This document shows, in pieces, positions 18,689 to 28,069 of a stretch of DNA of 59,681 bases. How positions within the stretch are numbered: the first letter of the stretch is position 1; the number at the start of each line of letters is the position of its first letter. Position numbers and translations under genes: made by a program. The notes beneath the pieces were generated by a model that made no database searches, had not been told where the DNA came from, and worked only from the letters and a program-made list of their open reading frames with translations. The stretch comes from a virus (Duplodnaviria > Caudoviricetes): positions 1 to 59,681 of IMG/VR virus record IMGVR_UViG_3300040816_000388. One strand, given 5' to 3'.

Positions 18689-18856
18689 TTAAGGTTTTAA
18701 AAATAAACTGGCGATAGCCATCAAGGAAAGTACTATAGATAGAAAACTGAAACAAAGAAGTATAGCAAAAAGAAGTACATTGCGTGATGTGATTTCAAAT
18801 GGTTTATCATGTTGTTTGCCAACTCCAATTAGTGCTTTAAAAATAGATTTTAACAA
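18689..18856 (-). CDS. Small membrane protein (55 aa, DUF2970-like), not in the ORF track
   Basis: TTG start; MLKSIFKALIGVGKQHDKPFEITSRNVLLFAILLCFSFLSIVLSLMAIASLFLKP. Confidence 0.5.
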   Translation of the reverse strand: MLKSIFKALIGVGKQHDKPFEITSRNVLLFAILLCFSFLSIVLSLMAIASLFLKP

Positions 18857-18857
18857 T

Positions 18858-19046
18858 TTAGAATATCAAACTGTTAAAAAAGAAAACTGCTAACATCATT
18901 CCAAACACAACTACTTGAACAACTGCTGGAACAACCACAAAGAGTTTCATGGCATCAAAATTGCCAGTCATAAAAAAGTCGCCGCCGTTCTGCCATTCAT
19001 GTACTTCTTCTGGCGTTGCTTCTATGTAATTTTTAGTTTCACTCAT
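18858..19046 (-). CDS. Small single-pass membrane protein
   Basis: 62 aa with a hydrophobic C-terminal helix. Confidence 0.6.
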   Translation of the reverse strand: MSETKNYIEATPEEVHEWQNGGDFFMTGNFDAMKLFVVVPAVVQVVVFGMMLAVFFFNSLIF

Positions 19047-19047
19047 A

Positions 19048-19107
19048 TTATTTGTAAGGGATAGGTGCCCAAGGTAATATCCAATATTTAAAAAATGTTT
19101 TAAACAT
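19048..19107 (-). CDS. Possible 19-aa micropeptide MFKTFFKYWILPWAPIPYK
   Basis: GAGG SD, fills the gap between neighbours. Confidence 0.35.
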   Translation of the reverse strand: MFKTFFKYWILPWAPIPYK

Positions 19108-19324
19108 CTATTACCTCAAATTCATCTTCACATTCTGTTGTATAAGATGTCATATCATATAAAACATCATGTACTTTGCGTTTAATTTCTTGGTTATGAC
19201 CTGTTTTAATTATAAAAGGTGTATTCCAAGTATTTTCCATTACAAAGTCTTTGACTATATTTGTTACGTTAGGTTCGTACTGAGCATTACTTAAATCTAA
19301 TGTTGCTTTCTCTAACCAACCCAT
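19100..19324 (-). CDS. Small Smr-domain-like protein
   Basis: TLDLSN (cf. LDLHG) and IIKTG (cf. IITG). Confidence 0.45.
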   Translation of the reverse strand: MGWLEKATLDLSNAQYEPNVTNIVKDFVMENTWNTPFIIKTGHNQEIKRKVHDVLYDMTSYTTECEDEFEVIDV

Positions 19325-19326
19325 TG

Positions 19327-19422
19327 TTACCCCGTAATTGCAGTAGTACTAAAAATAAATATCAAGCCAAGAGCCGCTACTTCCATGTGATCTCTAAGTT
19401 TATTTAATTTTTTTTCGCTCAT
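19327..19422 (-). CDS. 31-aa hydrophobic microprotein, not in the ORF track
   Basis: MSEKKLNKLRDHMEVAALGLIFIFSTTAITG. Confidence 0.45.
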   Translation of the reverse strand: MSEKKLNKLRDHMEVAALGLIFIFSTTAITG

Positions 19423-19531
19423 TACTAATGCCCCAGCCGACAATCTGATTTACACTTCGTAATGCACCGTATAGGTTGTCAGATGTCTGAATGGACATAC
19501 TTAACCATATTGTGAATAAACTTCTAATCAT
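19400..19531 (-). CDS. Possible 43-aa microprotein
   Basis: MIRSLFTIWLSMSIQTSDNLYGALRSVNQIVGWGISNERKKIK, overlapping the next small ORF. Confidence 0.3.
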   Translation of the reverse strand: MIRSLFTIWLSMSIQTSDNLYGALRSVNQIVGWGISNERKKIK

Positions 19532-19688
19532 GTCGTACTAGTGTTTATGCTTACATTATTGTAAACATTTAGTATAAGAGTATATAATTGAAGTAATATA
19601 TTTGGGAGAATATTATAACTAAATATTATATCTACTTATAACGGATATTTATACAATTATTTTGAAAGTAATTAGAAACGTGGTATTT

Positions 19689-20711
19689 TTACAACGTTTT
19701 AGTAATGCTGATGTCATTGAGGTTATTGCAAAATTCATATGGACAAACAGTTTCTGATTCTGGTAACTGCCAAGAATCTAATTGTGTGATATTTCCAAAA
19801 CTTTTTGCACCACACCAACTGCTAATTATCTCACCATTCATGTCAATGTTGATTCCATCATAACCTAATTCACACTTCATGCCTTGAAATTTATTAAGTC
19901 CTTCATTTATGATTTGATGACTTTGCACATATTTAACAGTACCGTCTTCATATAAAAACTCTGTTGCCCAAAAACGTTCATGTTCTGGTTCTTGTGATTC
20001 ACTTGGTTGCTCTGGTTGTGGCTCCGGAGGTCTGGGTATTACACCTGGACGTTGTAATATTTCTAATTCTTCATTAGTGTAAGCATAGTAAGGTGCTTGT
20101 TGTTCGTTGTTATTACCTAAGTATTTTTGATACATAGTCTTAACTGTGATGTTTACATCATATATACTTTGTTGTGCGTTGTCTTTAAATAGTTCTCTTA
20201 GCCTATCTGCTACTTTACCTAATTCAACAACTTGACCACCTATACCAGCAATGTTTAAGTCTATAGTACAATGTCCTTTTAATGTTTTAACAACTTCAAA
20301 TAAATGTTCTTCGTCCATTGTAAGTGGGTGGTATGTTATAACTACACCCTCTAGATATTCTCTTGCTTCTTCCCACCAACGTATAGTTCTACTACCATTA
20401 GTATAAACTAAAACACTAGCACCGTATTCAGCAATAGTTTTTAGTATAGTTTCAAATCCTGGTATTGTTGTTACTTCCCCACCTATGAGTTCAAAATGCA
20501 AATGCCTATTTTTGTCTCGATAATATTTACATATCTTATGTATAGTGTTTAAGTACATTTCTGTAGATAAAAAAGGTTTAGAACCATCATGCAGAGTTGT
20601 AGGACAGTATTCACAATCATAGTTACATGTATTACCCATGCTCCATTGTATGTGTACTGCTCTATCTGGGTCGGTTGTATGTGGACCTTTTACTGATATG
20701 AGTTTGCTCAT
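19689..20711 (-). CDS. Radical SAM protein with C-terminal Cys (twitch/SPASM-like) extension
   Basis: CNYDCEYC, GGEVT, YTNGS; C-terminal C..WC..CPYEFC; GATAAATA 6 nt upstream. Confidence 0.9.
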   Translation of the reverse strand: MSKLISVKGPHTTDPDRAVHIQWSMGNTCNYDCEYCPTTLHDGSKPFLSTEMYLNTIHKICKYYRDKNRHLHFELIGGEVTTIPGFETILKTIAEYGASVLVYTNGSRTIRWWEEAREYLEGVVITYHPLTMDEEHLFEVVKTLKGHCTIDLNIAGIGGQVVELGKVADRLRELFKDNAQQSIYDVNITVKTMYQKYLGNNNEQQAPYYAYTNEELEILQRPGVIPRPPEPQPEQPSESQEPEHERFWATEFLYEDGTVKYVQSHQIINEGLNKFQGMKCELGYDGINIDMNGEIISSWCGAKSFGNITQLDSWQLPESETVCPYEFCNNLNDISITKTL

Positions 20712-20725
20712 ACAGTATATTTATC

Positions 20726-21604
20726 CTATTTTGCAAAAGGATAAACAATGCTGTTCCAATACAATTGATGTGCTAATGGACACGGATGGCCGCCATGCTC
20801 ACCATTATGAGGCATAATATCATACACAAACTTTTCTTCTAAATGTTTTTGTGCATAACTTATTATGCTATCTTGTGATAACAAGTACGGTTTTACATAC
20901 TTGTTATATTTTTTATTAAAATATTCAGTTGTGTTTTCAGGTATATTATCCCAACCATGGAAATACCCTAACTTAATATTGTTTACTTTACAAAAATTAG
21001 TTAAACTTTGTAATTGTTCTATTGCTCTTATATGATACTCTTCTTGATCAACTATTGAATAAAATTTTGCTGATGCCAATCTAAGAGGATCTTTGACTCT
21101 TTCATTTTTAATTTCATTAAGATCTATACACCCATGATGTTTTATGAAGTTTGCATCATCATAATTCGTAACATTAAAAATATAATCAGAAAAAGTAACA
21201 GCATGTTCTAATGCTTCTGCATTAGAAGAAAATATTTCTCTTCTAGCAAATCCACTAAGTTGCATTACAACTGTGTCTATATCATGTTCATAGTTTTCTA
21301 TAAAGTGCATAACACATCTTGCTGTATCTGTATTACTGTTAGAACCTCTTCCAAATATGTTTATTTCATAATGTTCTTTTGGAAGTTTGTGAGAGTTTGT
21401 CCAAAACGTTGCCGGGTCAAACGCATTTTTAATACCATATAATTTTTCTACCCATTCACTTTGTTCTCTTAATAAATGATTGCCCCAATGTCCACCCGGT
21501 TCATCAATCACTTCGACGTGTGGTGTATTATTTGGTTGTGGTTGATATGCCCAACTGTCTCCACTGTGAGTAAAACTACAACCTGCAAAAACTAATCTGT
21601 TCAT
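20726..21604 (-). CDS. SGNH/GDSL-like hydrolase or acyltransferase
   Basis: AGCSFT block I, G..N, C-terminal GHP..AH. Confidence 0.65.
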   Translation of the reverse strand: MNRLVFAGCSFTHSGDSWAYQPQPNNTPHVEVIDEPGGHWGNHLLREQSEWVEKLYGIKNAFDPATFWTNSHKLPKEHYEINIFGRGSNSNTDTARCVMHFIENYEHDIDTVVMQLSGFARREIFSSNAEALEHAVTFSDYIFNVTNYDDANFIKHHGCIDLNEIKNERVKDPLRLASAKFYSIVDQEEYHIRAIEQLQSLTNFCKVNNIKLGYFHGWDNIPENTTEYFNKKYNKYVKPYLLSQDSIISYAQKHLEEKFVYDIMPHNGEHGGHPCPLAHQLYWNSIVYPFAK

Positions 21605-22458
21605 TTTAATTTAAATATAATGTCATCTAGTACACGTTCTGTTGCCATTTGGTCATAAGCCAATTTCGCATCTACTCGTAACCAATCAGTATCTTTCCAA
21701 ACTTTGCCTTTTTGAATCCAACCAAATACATCTCTTAATCTTGTTGGTACTGGAAATTCTGCATGATAATTTACTATTACATCATTTGCAACTTCCTGCT
21801 TGTCGTATCCTGGTTTACAAAATCCGTGTACAACATCAAAAAATTCTACAAAATTACTGTTTGTTTCATCACAGAATTGTTTACCTCTCTCTGGACTAGT
21901 CCAGTTATCATCTGCACCATGATAAACTGTAACATCAAAATCTTTTGCATTATAAAATTCTTCTTCAAATGGCCACAAGTTACCGTAACATAATGCAAAA
22001 AATGTATCTTTAGGAATATCATCTTTATAATGTGCAAAAATATTTGCCATGGAATCAGCTCCCCAACTAAAACCAACACATGCTACTTTGTCTAAGTCTA
22101 AACCAGCAAACATAAGTTCTCGATTATCTTTTAAATATTTGTATGCTTGTACTGTTTCTAATGCTCTCATTCTAGGACTTACATATCCACTAAAGTCATT
22201 CCAACCAATGGCCTCCATACTTCTACCGGTAAAACTGTCCACACACAAAGTTGCAATACCTTGTGCCGCCAAACTGTTTACAAATAAATCAGTATCACTA
22301 CCTAATCCTCCGGAACCATGACTCACAATACATAATGGTTGGTTACCTTCAAATTTGTTAGGTATTACCAATTGGCATCCTACTGTTATTGGAGTATTAT
22401 CCCAATAAATATTTCTTGTACTCTCCACAGAGAATAATACTCTTTTCATATTTTTCAT
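21601..22458 (-). CDS. Dienelactone hydrolase family alpha/beta hydrolase
   Basis: HGSGG, GFSWG nucleophile elbow, HGADD, HGF. Confidence 0.85.
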   Translation of the reverse strand: MKNMKRVLFSVESTRNIYWDNTPITVGCQLVIPNKFEGNQPLCIVSHGSGGLGSDTDLFVNSLAAQGIATLCVDSFTGRSMEAIGWNDFSGYVSPRMRALETVQAYKYLKDNRELMFAGLDLDKVACVGFSWGADSMANIFAHYKDDIPKDTFFALCYGNLWPFEEEFYNAKDFDVTVYHGADDNWTSPERGKQFCDETNSNFVEFFDVVHGFCKPGYDKQEVANDVIVNYHAEFPVPTRLRDVFGWIQKGKVWKDTDWLRVDAKLAYDQMATERVLDDIIFKLK

Positions 22459-23084
22459 TTTGCTAAGTCCTTAAATTTGTCAAAGTGCATACGCCACACT
22501 ACTTGTGGTACTGCATAAAATTCTGTAATGCCTTCTGGTTCTGCTATGCCTTTACGTTTCCACCAATTTTTTGCTACATAATCTGTAATGGTATTTGCTG
22601 TTTTAACATAATTATCAGAATATGCTTTATTGGCTAATGTTGTTCCAAAGGTTGCTTTGTAGTTAGGCTGTTGCGTTGCCCATTCACAATTAAAATATAG
22701 TAAGCCATCAAACTCAGGCATTTCACCTCTACCATATCTTCTTGTTGTTGTCATTGGTATATCTTGATTAGGTATTCTACATAGCCTTGTCCAAATTCTA
22801 TAATAACCTTCTTTGTATTCAGGCATGTACTGTACACCAGCAACTGCATATATTTTTTTAGTTGGAATATGTATCATGCAATGATATTGAATTTCATCGA
22901 TTTTCATTGCTTCTGGTGATGCGTTGTTGATATAACCTAAATCTTTTGCTACACTACAAAATTCTTCTAATTGAGGTAACCAGTCATTGTCGTATTCTAT
23001 ACAACCAATTTCACCGTTAAAGAAAGTTCTTAGGATTTTTTTACTGTTGAGATCAACCATCTGCCTACGTCCAATTCGTACCAT
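22455..23084 (-). CDS. Hypothetical protein, possibly GNAT-like
   Basis: IYAVAGV..YRIWTRLC, FYAVPQVVW; true start possibly 23060. Confidence 0.4.
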   Translation of the reverse strand: MVRIGRRQMVDLNSKKILRTFFNGEIGCIEYDNDWLPQLEEFCSVAKDLGYINNASPEAMKIDEIQYHCMIHIPTKKIYAVAGVQYMPEYKEGYYRIWTRLCRIPNQDIPMTTTRRYGRGEMPEFDGLLYFNCEWATQQPNYKATFGTTLANKAYSDNYVKTANTITDYVAKNWWKRKGIAEPEGITEFYAVPQVVWRMHFDKFKDLAK

Positions 23085-23797
23085 TTAGTATTAAAGTTTA
23101 GTCTTCGAGGTTTAGCATGATGATTGTTATGTAAACTTTCACCCCATGTAAATAATGCTAACCAAGGATTGTTTGTACTGTTATTTTTCATTGGAGTAGT
23201 TGCATACGTCAAACCTTTGATAGGTGTATGTCCAAATACATTTACTATTCCACTTATAACTAAACTTAAATAACTTGCATTTAAACTTGCAAGTAAATAT
23301 CTTCCGTCATGCCACCATATAGTCATTAAACCTATAATTACTAAATTTAATATTACTAAAAAGTAATAATTTCTATGACACCAAATTGAATAAGGATCTA
23401 AAATCTTTTTTACTTTAAAAATTTCTTGTTGTGCAAATCTGTGATTCTCTTTATGAAAAATCCATCCTGCAAATGCATACCATAATCCTTTTGTAGGAGT
23501 ATGCACATCTTTATCTGTGTCTGTATGTGCGTGGTGACTTCTGTTGTGTATTAGGCTCCATGTTACTGGTGAGCCTTGTGCTCCTTGACAACCTAAATAT
23601 AATAAAAACTTTCTTATAGGTTCCCAAGTTTTAAAACTTTTATGACTATGTAATCTATGATATCCAACTACTATTCCATATCCACTATACAATGTTGTAA
23701 AGAATAATGTTGCTAACCAAAGTTCTGTTGAGCCATAGACAAGACTCCAAACAAAACTTAATATTGTAACAGGTATAAACAGTAAGTAAAATATCAT
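23030..23797 (-). CDS. Membrane fatty-acid desaturase (delta-9 type)
   Basis: His boxes HRLHSH, HNRSHH, HNNHH; DTDKDVHTP; TM helices. Confidence 0.9.
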   Translation of the reverse strand: MIFYLLFIPVTILSFVWSLVYGSTELWLATLFFTTLYSGYGIVVGYHRLHSHKSFKTWEPIRKFLLYLGCQGAQGSPVTWSLIHNRSHHAHTDTDKDVHTPTKGLWYAFAGWIFHKENHRFAQQEIFKVKKILDPYSIWCHRNYYFLVILNLVIIGLMTIWWHDGRYLLASLNASYLSLVISGIVNVFGHTPIKGLTYATTPMKNNSTNNPWLALFTWGESLHNNHHAKPRRLNFNTKWYELDVGRWLISTVKKS

Positions 23798-24621
23798 CTT
23801 TTTCTCAGTCGTTCAATAACTAAACCACTTATATCTATTTCACTCCAGTGTTGGCTATTGTTTGTTGCTTTCCAATATCTATGATGATTGTTATGTAACA
23901 TTTCACCAAAAGTTAGTATTGCTCCAACTCTATTATTTACACTATTGTCTTTTGTTTCAAAGTTTCTGTAACCAAACCATTTCTTGTGACTGAATGCTGT
24001 TACAGTACTAGTATTTAAAAGTGTGAACCATATGCCCATCCAAAAACCGTATAGTGCTACTTTCCAACCGAACAGTAGTGCTATCAGTATAAGTGTGCCA
24101 TAGTTTATTGCCATATGATAATCGTTTAGTATTTGATAAAACTTATCATTTACAAAACCTCTTCTCACATAGTTTACTAACACTCTTCTACTAACGTGTT
24201 GATCAAAATATTTTTGTTCTTTGTGCCATGTTAAAAAAGCATACCACATTCCTTTGTTCGGTGTATGTGGATCTTCTTCAGTGTCGCTGTGGACATGATG
24301 TCCTTTTTCGTGTACCATTACCCATGGAAATATACTTCCATAGCCGTTGAATACACCCATAAGTGTTACAAAACGTTCTTTCCATTTTGGCATTTCAAAT
24401 GCACCATGGCCCCAATATCTATGTAAGCCAATAGCCATTCCAATACAGCCAAAAAAGAAATAAAAGACGAACGTATATTTTAGATAATTCCAGTCTCCAA
24501 AATAAGCCATGGCACCTAATCCTACTAGGCCTAAGAAATGTACTGGTAATGTATACAGCCAGAAATTGGCTTTTGCTTTGTCTTTAAAAAAGTTTGTCAA
24601 TGAATTCAAAAGTTTCTTCAT
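23794..24621 (-). CDS. Membrane fatty-acid desaturase (delta-9 type)
   Basis: His boxes HRYWGH, HEKGHH, HNNHH; DTEEDPHTP. Confidence 0.9.
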   Translation of the reverse strand: MKKLLNSLTNFFKDKAKANFWLYTLPVHFLGLVGLGAMAYFGDWNYLKYTFVFYFFFGCIGMAIGLHRYWGHGAFEMPKWKERFVTLMGVFNGYGSIFPWVMVHEKGHHVHSDTEEDPHTPNKGMWYAFLTWHKEQKYFDQHVSRRVLVNYVRRGFVNDKFYQILNDYHMAINYGTLILIALLFGWKVALYGFWMGIWFTLLNTSTVTAFSHKKWFGYRNFETKDNSVNNRVGAILTFGEMLHNNHHRYWKATNNSQHWSEIDISGLVIERLRKR

Positions 24622-25540
24622 GATAATGTTCTAACATCTCTTTAAGTTTAGTGTCTACTTTTACTGTGTACTGTAGACTCGCATACTTCAGAGTCAAAGG
24701 TGAAAATGGTGCTAATCTTTGTCTGAATGCTATATCGTATTTATCATGACCGAAAAAACTTTTTAGCATTTCAATGCCAATTAGTTTTTGTGTTGTGGGT
24801 TTTATATTAAACCCTGCTTGTTTAATAGTACGCATTTCGTATTGATAATACCTATGTGGAGCATTATCTACAAATTCTTGCGTTGCTGATTTTAATACCT
24901 CTCCATAACTTTGTGTAAACATCCAACTGCTATACATATCTACATAATGTTCTTGGAAATTAGTATACTCTTTACCAAATACTGTTGCGGCATGTTCTTG
25001 TGTTTCATGAGGTACAAAAGGCATAAAGCCATTATTTTTACTTCTAGTCCAATCACTGTTACTAACATGCATCATAAAGCCAGGATACACAATACAACAA
25101 TCTGGTAGCATATCAAAGAACTTACCAGCAATAGTCATTTGTGGTTGCGTTGTAGGAAACTTTTCTCCATAGTATTCTAAGTCTGGACCATTAAATAATT
25201 CAGGTACATCTATATAAAATAATTCATATGTTATATTATGTTTCTCACAATATGCAATAGTGCATTCGTTTTCTCTTTTACTTAAATCATTACTAAGTAA
25301 AGGTATAGCCGCTTTAAATTCTATACCTGCCATTTTAAATGCCTGCATGGCTATTTGGGAATACATGTGTTGTACACTATAATCGCACCATACATATAAA
25401 TCTTTGGTGTACTTTTCTCTAATTGCTTTTGCAGTTTTTATTGCTTCTTGCATTGGAGTACCAGGAATATTTTTTGGTGCGTGTACAAACATATCTACAG
25501 GCTTACCGCCTCCAAACTCGCTAAACGTTACCCCTCTCAT
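24584..25540 (-). CDS. Hypothetical protein (possibly degenerate PP-loop/HUP-like)
   Basis: 318 aa; SQIAMQAF, YCEKHNI; no intact SGGxDS. Confidence 0.4.
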   Translation of the reverse strand: MRGVTFSEFGGGKPVDMFVHAPKNIPGTPMQEAIKTAKAIREKYTKDLYVWCDYSVQHMYSQIAMQAFKMAGIEFKAAIPLLSNDLSKRENECTIAYCEKHNITYELFYIDVPELFNGPDLEYYGEKFPTTQPQMTIAGKFFDMLPDCCIVYPGFMMHVSNSDWTRSKNNGFMPFVPHETQEHAATVFGKEYTNFQEHYVDMYSSWMFTQSYGEVLKSATQEFVDNAPHRYYQYEMRTIKQAGFNIKPTTQKLIGIEMLKSFFGHDKYDIAFRQRLAPFSPLTLKYASLQYTVKVDTKLKEMLEHYHEETFEFIDKLF

Positions 25541-26679
25541 TTTAGACCTCTATATAAATGATAGTCATTTAAATTATAAGTTCTAATAAACGGATCACCT
25601 GGTTCTAAAAGTTTTACAGGTCTTGCCATAGGCACCCAGTATTCTCTAATTGTAAAAGGTGGTGCATCATATGGTTGATTGAAATACTTTTGTTTTACAT
25701 CTTCATATGTAAGTTTATTATCTGCATCGCAACTTATAATATGGTATTCGAATTTATGATCATTAAATCTAACTACAAATTTATGAAATAGATCTTTCTT
25801 AAATTTAAATGTGCCATACATCCAACCACTGTCAGTATTAAATGTAATACCACGTGGTAAGTCTTTGTCTACTGTAATACTTTCTGCGTTTACAAAATCT
25901 TCTAATTCACAAGAACCATATTTAACTTCTACTATGTCACCTGGCCTAACTGGCAATAAATGTTCACCGGCAAAATATCTTAAGTTTGATACTGGCAAAA
26001 ATTCATAAACTTTGTTTAATTTTTCTGGAGTCTTTACTAAACGTCTTGGCCATGGAGCACTTTTTACATTGCTTTCACTATAAAAATCTAAATCATATTC
26101 TAATTGTAATTCTTTAGTAACTAATTTTTCACAAACAATGTGTACTGCTTCATTACTGTTTGGCACATCAGGTACAATAAAATCATACACATCAATCCAA
26201 TTAGCATAGTGTCCATTATGCAAATTTCCACCTACTCTAAATACCCCATCAACTGCTACTGGACTAAGATCTAGTATTGGTAAATCCTCGTTTCCACCGG
26301 AACAAACTACTATATTTCCTGCTTTAATTAGTTGATTTATACGATAATCTAATATATAATTACGATCTATTTGCCAGTCAAAACACAATATCTGTGGTTT
26401 TTGCGTCTCTAACAGGTCTAATTTTTCAATGAGTGGCGCAAGTGTATCTTCTAATAAAACATGCGTGTAAGACGGTGTATGTGCGTTTAAACCACCGAAA
26501 TACGCAATATCTTCGTTGTTTTGCATGTTTAAAACAGGGTAGTTTGCTGTAATGTAATTTATAGTCTCATATTCGTTGAGTTGGCAATCTATTAGATATG
26601 TGTTATGTTTAAAAGATTGTATTATATCAACAGGAAACGTAGATATGTTTATAGGATCAACAAATTGTATAATAAGCAT
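25537..26679 (-). CDS. Subtilase (S8)-like protein with degenerate active site and a putative Ig (He_PIG-like) domain
   Basis: GNIVVCSGGNE, SPVAVDGVFRVGG, ANW; LPRGITFNTDSGWMYGT. Confidence 0.55.
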   Translation of the reverse strand: MLIIQFVDPINISTFPVDIIQSFKHNTYLIDCQLNEYETINYITANYPVLNMQNNEDIAYFGGLNAHTPSYTHVLLEDTLAPLIEKLDLLETQKPQILCFDWQIDRNYILDYRINQLIKAGNIVVCSGGNEDLPILDLSPVAVDGVFRVGGNLHNGHYANWIDVYDFIVPDVPNSNEAVHIVCEKLVTKELQLEYDLDFYSESNVKSAPWPRRLVKTPEKLNKVYEFLPVSNLRYFAGEHLLPVRPGDIVEVKYGSCELEDFVNAESITVDKDLPRGITFNTDSGWMYGTFKFKKDLFHKFVVRFNDHKFEYHIISCDADNKLTYEDVKQKYFNQPYDAPPFTIREYWVPMARPVKLLEPGDPFIRTYNLNDYHLYRGLK

Positions 26680-26708
26680 GTTGAATATTTATTATTGTGT
26701 AGGCTAGT

Positions 26709-26972
26709 TTAGCCAGCAAATACGGTACTAGAACCGTTAGCGGCATGTCCGCAAGTTGCGGAATCACCTGATCTTACAACTGGTTTACCTTGAGCAAATA
26801 CTGTTTTGCTAGATTCTACCATTGTTGGTGATGTATGTGGTGGCTTACCATGAGGAGCAACTTGGTCACCAAGTAAACTAGTACGTTGTCCTTCAGTAAA
26901 AACTGTAGAAGCACCAGGTCCTAATATAGCACCTTTGGCTTGATTGGCTGATACTTTTGTTACACCTGGCAT
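26709..26972 (-). CDS. PAAR-domain tail spike tip protein (gp5.4-like)
   Basis: PHGKPPH, SKTVFAQGKPVVRSGDSATCGH, GSSTVFAG. Confidence 0.85.
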   Translation of the reverse strand: MPGVTKVSANQAKGAILGPGASTVFTEGQRTSLLGDQVAPHGKPPHTSPTMVESSKTVFAQGKPVVRSGDSATCGHAANGSSTVFAG

Positions 26973-28069
26973 TATAAACTAAATCCTTTAAATGTATCTT
27001 GTTCTACATCTTGCTTAGTACCACCAATAACATAACTGCTAATTTCAGTTTCTTGTGGTGCTACTTGTACACTACCACCTGCTATCCATGATTGTGTCCA
27101 TGGTAAAGGGTTGGTACCAGTATTATAAATCTTTTCTTGTCTAACGGCATGCATTCTTTTACCAGCAATAAACTCTACATACTGCTTTAGTAGTTCTGCG
27201 TTTAATCCAATAATACTTCCGTCTTTGAACAAATAGTCTGCCCATTTCTTTTCTTGCTCAACAGCATCAACGAACATCTTAGTACATTGCTCATATGTTT
27301 CTTTTTCTATTTTTGCAAAGTCTTTATCGTCTTGCGGTAAAATCTTTAGCATTTGTTGTGTACTTGCTAAGTGAACGTTTTCGTCTCTAGCAATCAGTTT
27401 AATAATTTTAGCATTGCCTTCCATTTTTTTAAGTTCTGCAAATGCCCAACTACATGCAAAGGACACATAAAAACGTACACCTTCTAAGATGTTTACACTC
27501 ATTATTGCTAACCATAGAGCCTTTTTGTGTTCGTATTCATCGTACTTTTTACTTGCTTGTTGTCTTAACAGGTTGTATTCAATGAGTTTATCGTAGTTAG
27601 CAGTAATACTATCAGCACAATCTACAATCTCTTTAACGTCAAGCATTTCATCAAATATTTTACTAGGATCTGCATATACGTTTCTGATAATATGTGTATA
27701 ACTTCTGCTGTGAATAGTTTCACTGAATGCCCAAGTCTCAATCCAGGTTTCTAATTCTGGCAGAGTTACTATAGGCAAGAAAGCAAGATTAGGTGAACGT
27801 CCTTGTACACTATCCAACAATATTTGTCTTTTTAAATTGCTTGTAAAGATATGCTGTTCATGAGCAGAAAGATTTTTAAAGTCGGTTGCATCACGTAAGA
27901 TATCTACTTCTTCAGGTCTCCAAAAGAATCCTAACTGCTTATCAGTTAGTTTATCAAACTGTTTATATTTAAGTGTATCAAATCTTTGAATATCTACCGG
28001 ACCACTTTTATCTAAAAACATTTTAGATTCTGTGTGCTTTGTTTTTCTGTTAGGATTAAAAACTGTCAT
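26972..28069 (-). CDS. nrdB: Ribonucleotide reductase class Ia beta subunit
   Basis: FFWRPEE, LLDSVQGR, ETIHSRSY, LEGVRFYVSF, RDENVH, VAPQETEISSY. Confidence 0.97.
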   Translation of the reverse strand: MTVFNPNRKTKHTESKMFLDKSGPVDIQRFDTLKYKQFDKLTDKQLGFFWRPEEVDILRDATDFKNLSAHEQHIFTSNLKRQILLDSVQGRSPNLAFLPIVTLPELETWIETWAFSETIHSRSYTHIIRNVYADPSKIFDEMLDVKEIVDCADSITANYDKLIEYNLLRQQASKKYDEYEHKKALWLAIMSVNILEGVRFYVSFACSWAFAELKKMEGNAKIIKLIARDENVHLASTQQMLKILPQDDKDFAKIEKETYEQCTKMFVDAVEQEKKWADYLFKDGSIIGLNAELLKQYVEFIAGKRMHAVRQEKIYNTGTNPLPWTQSWIAGGSVQVAPQETEISSYVIGGTKQDVEQDTFKGFSL

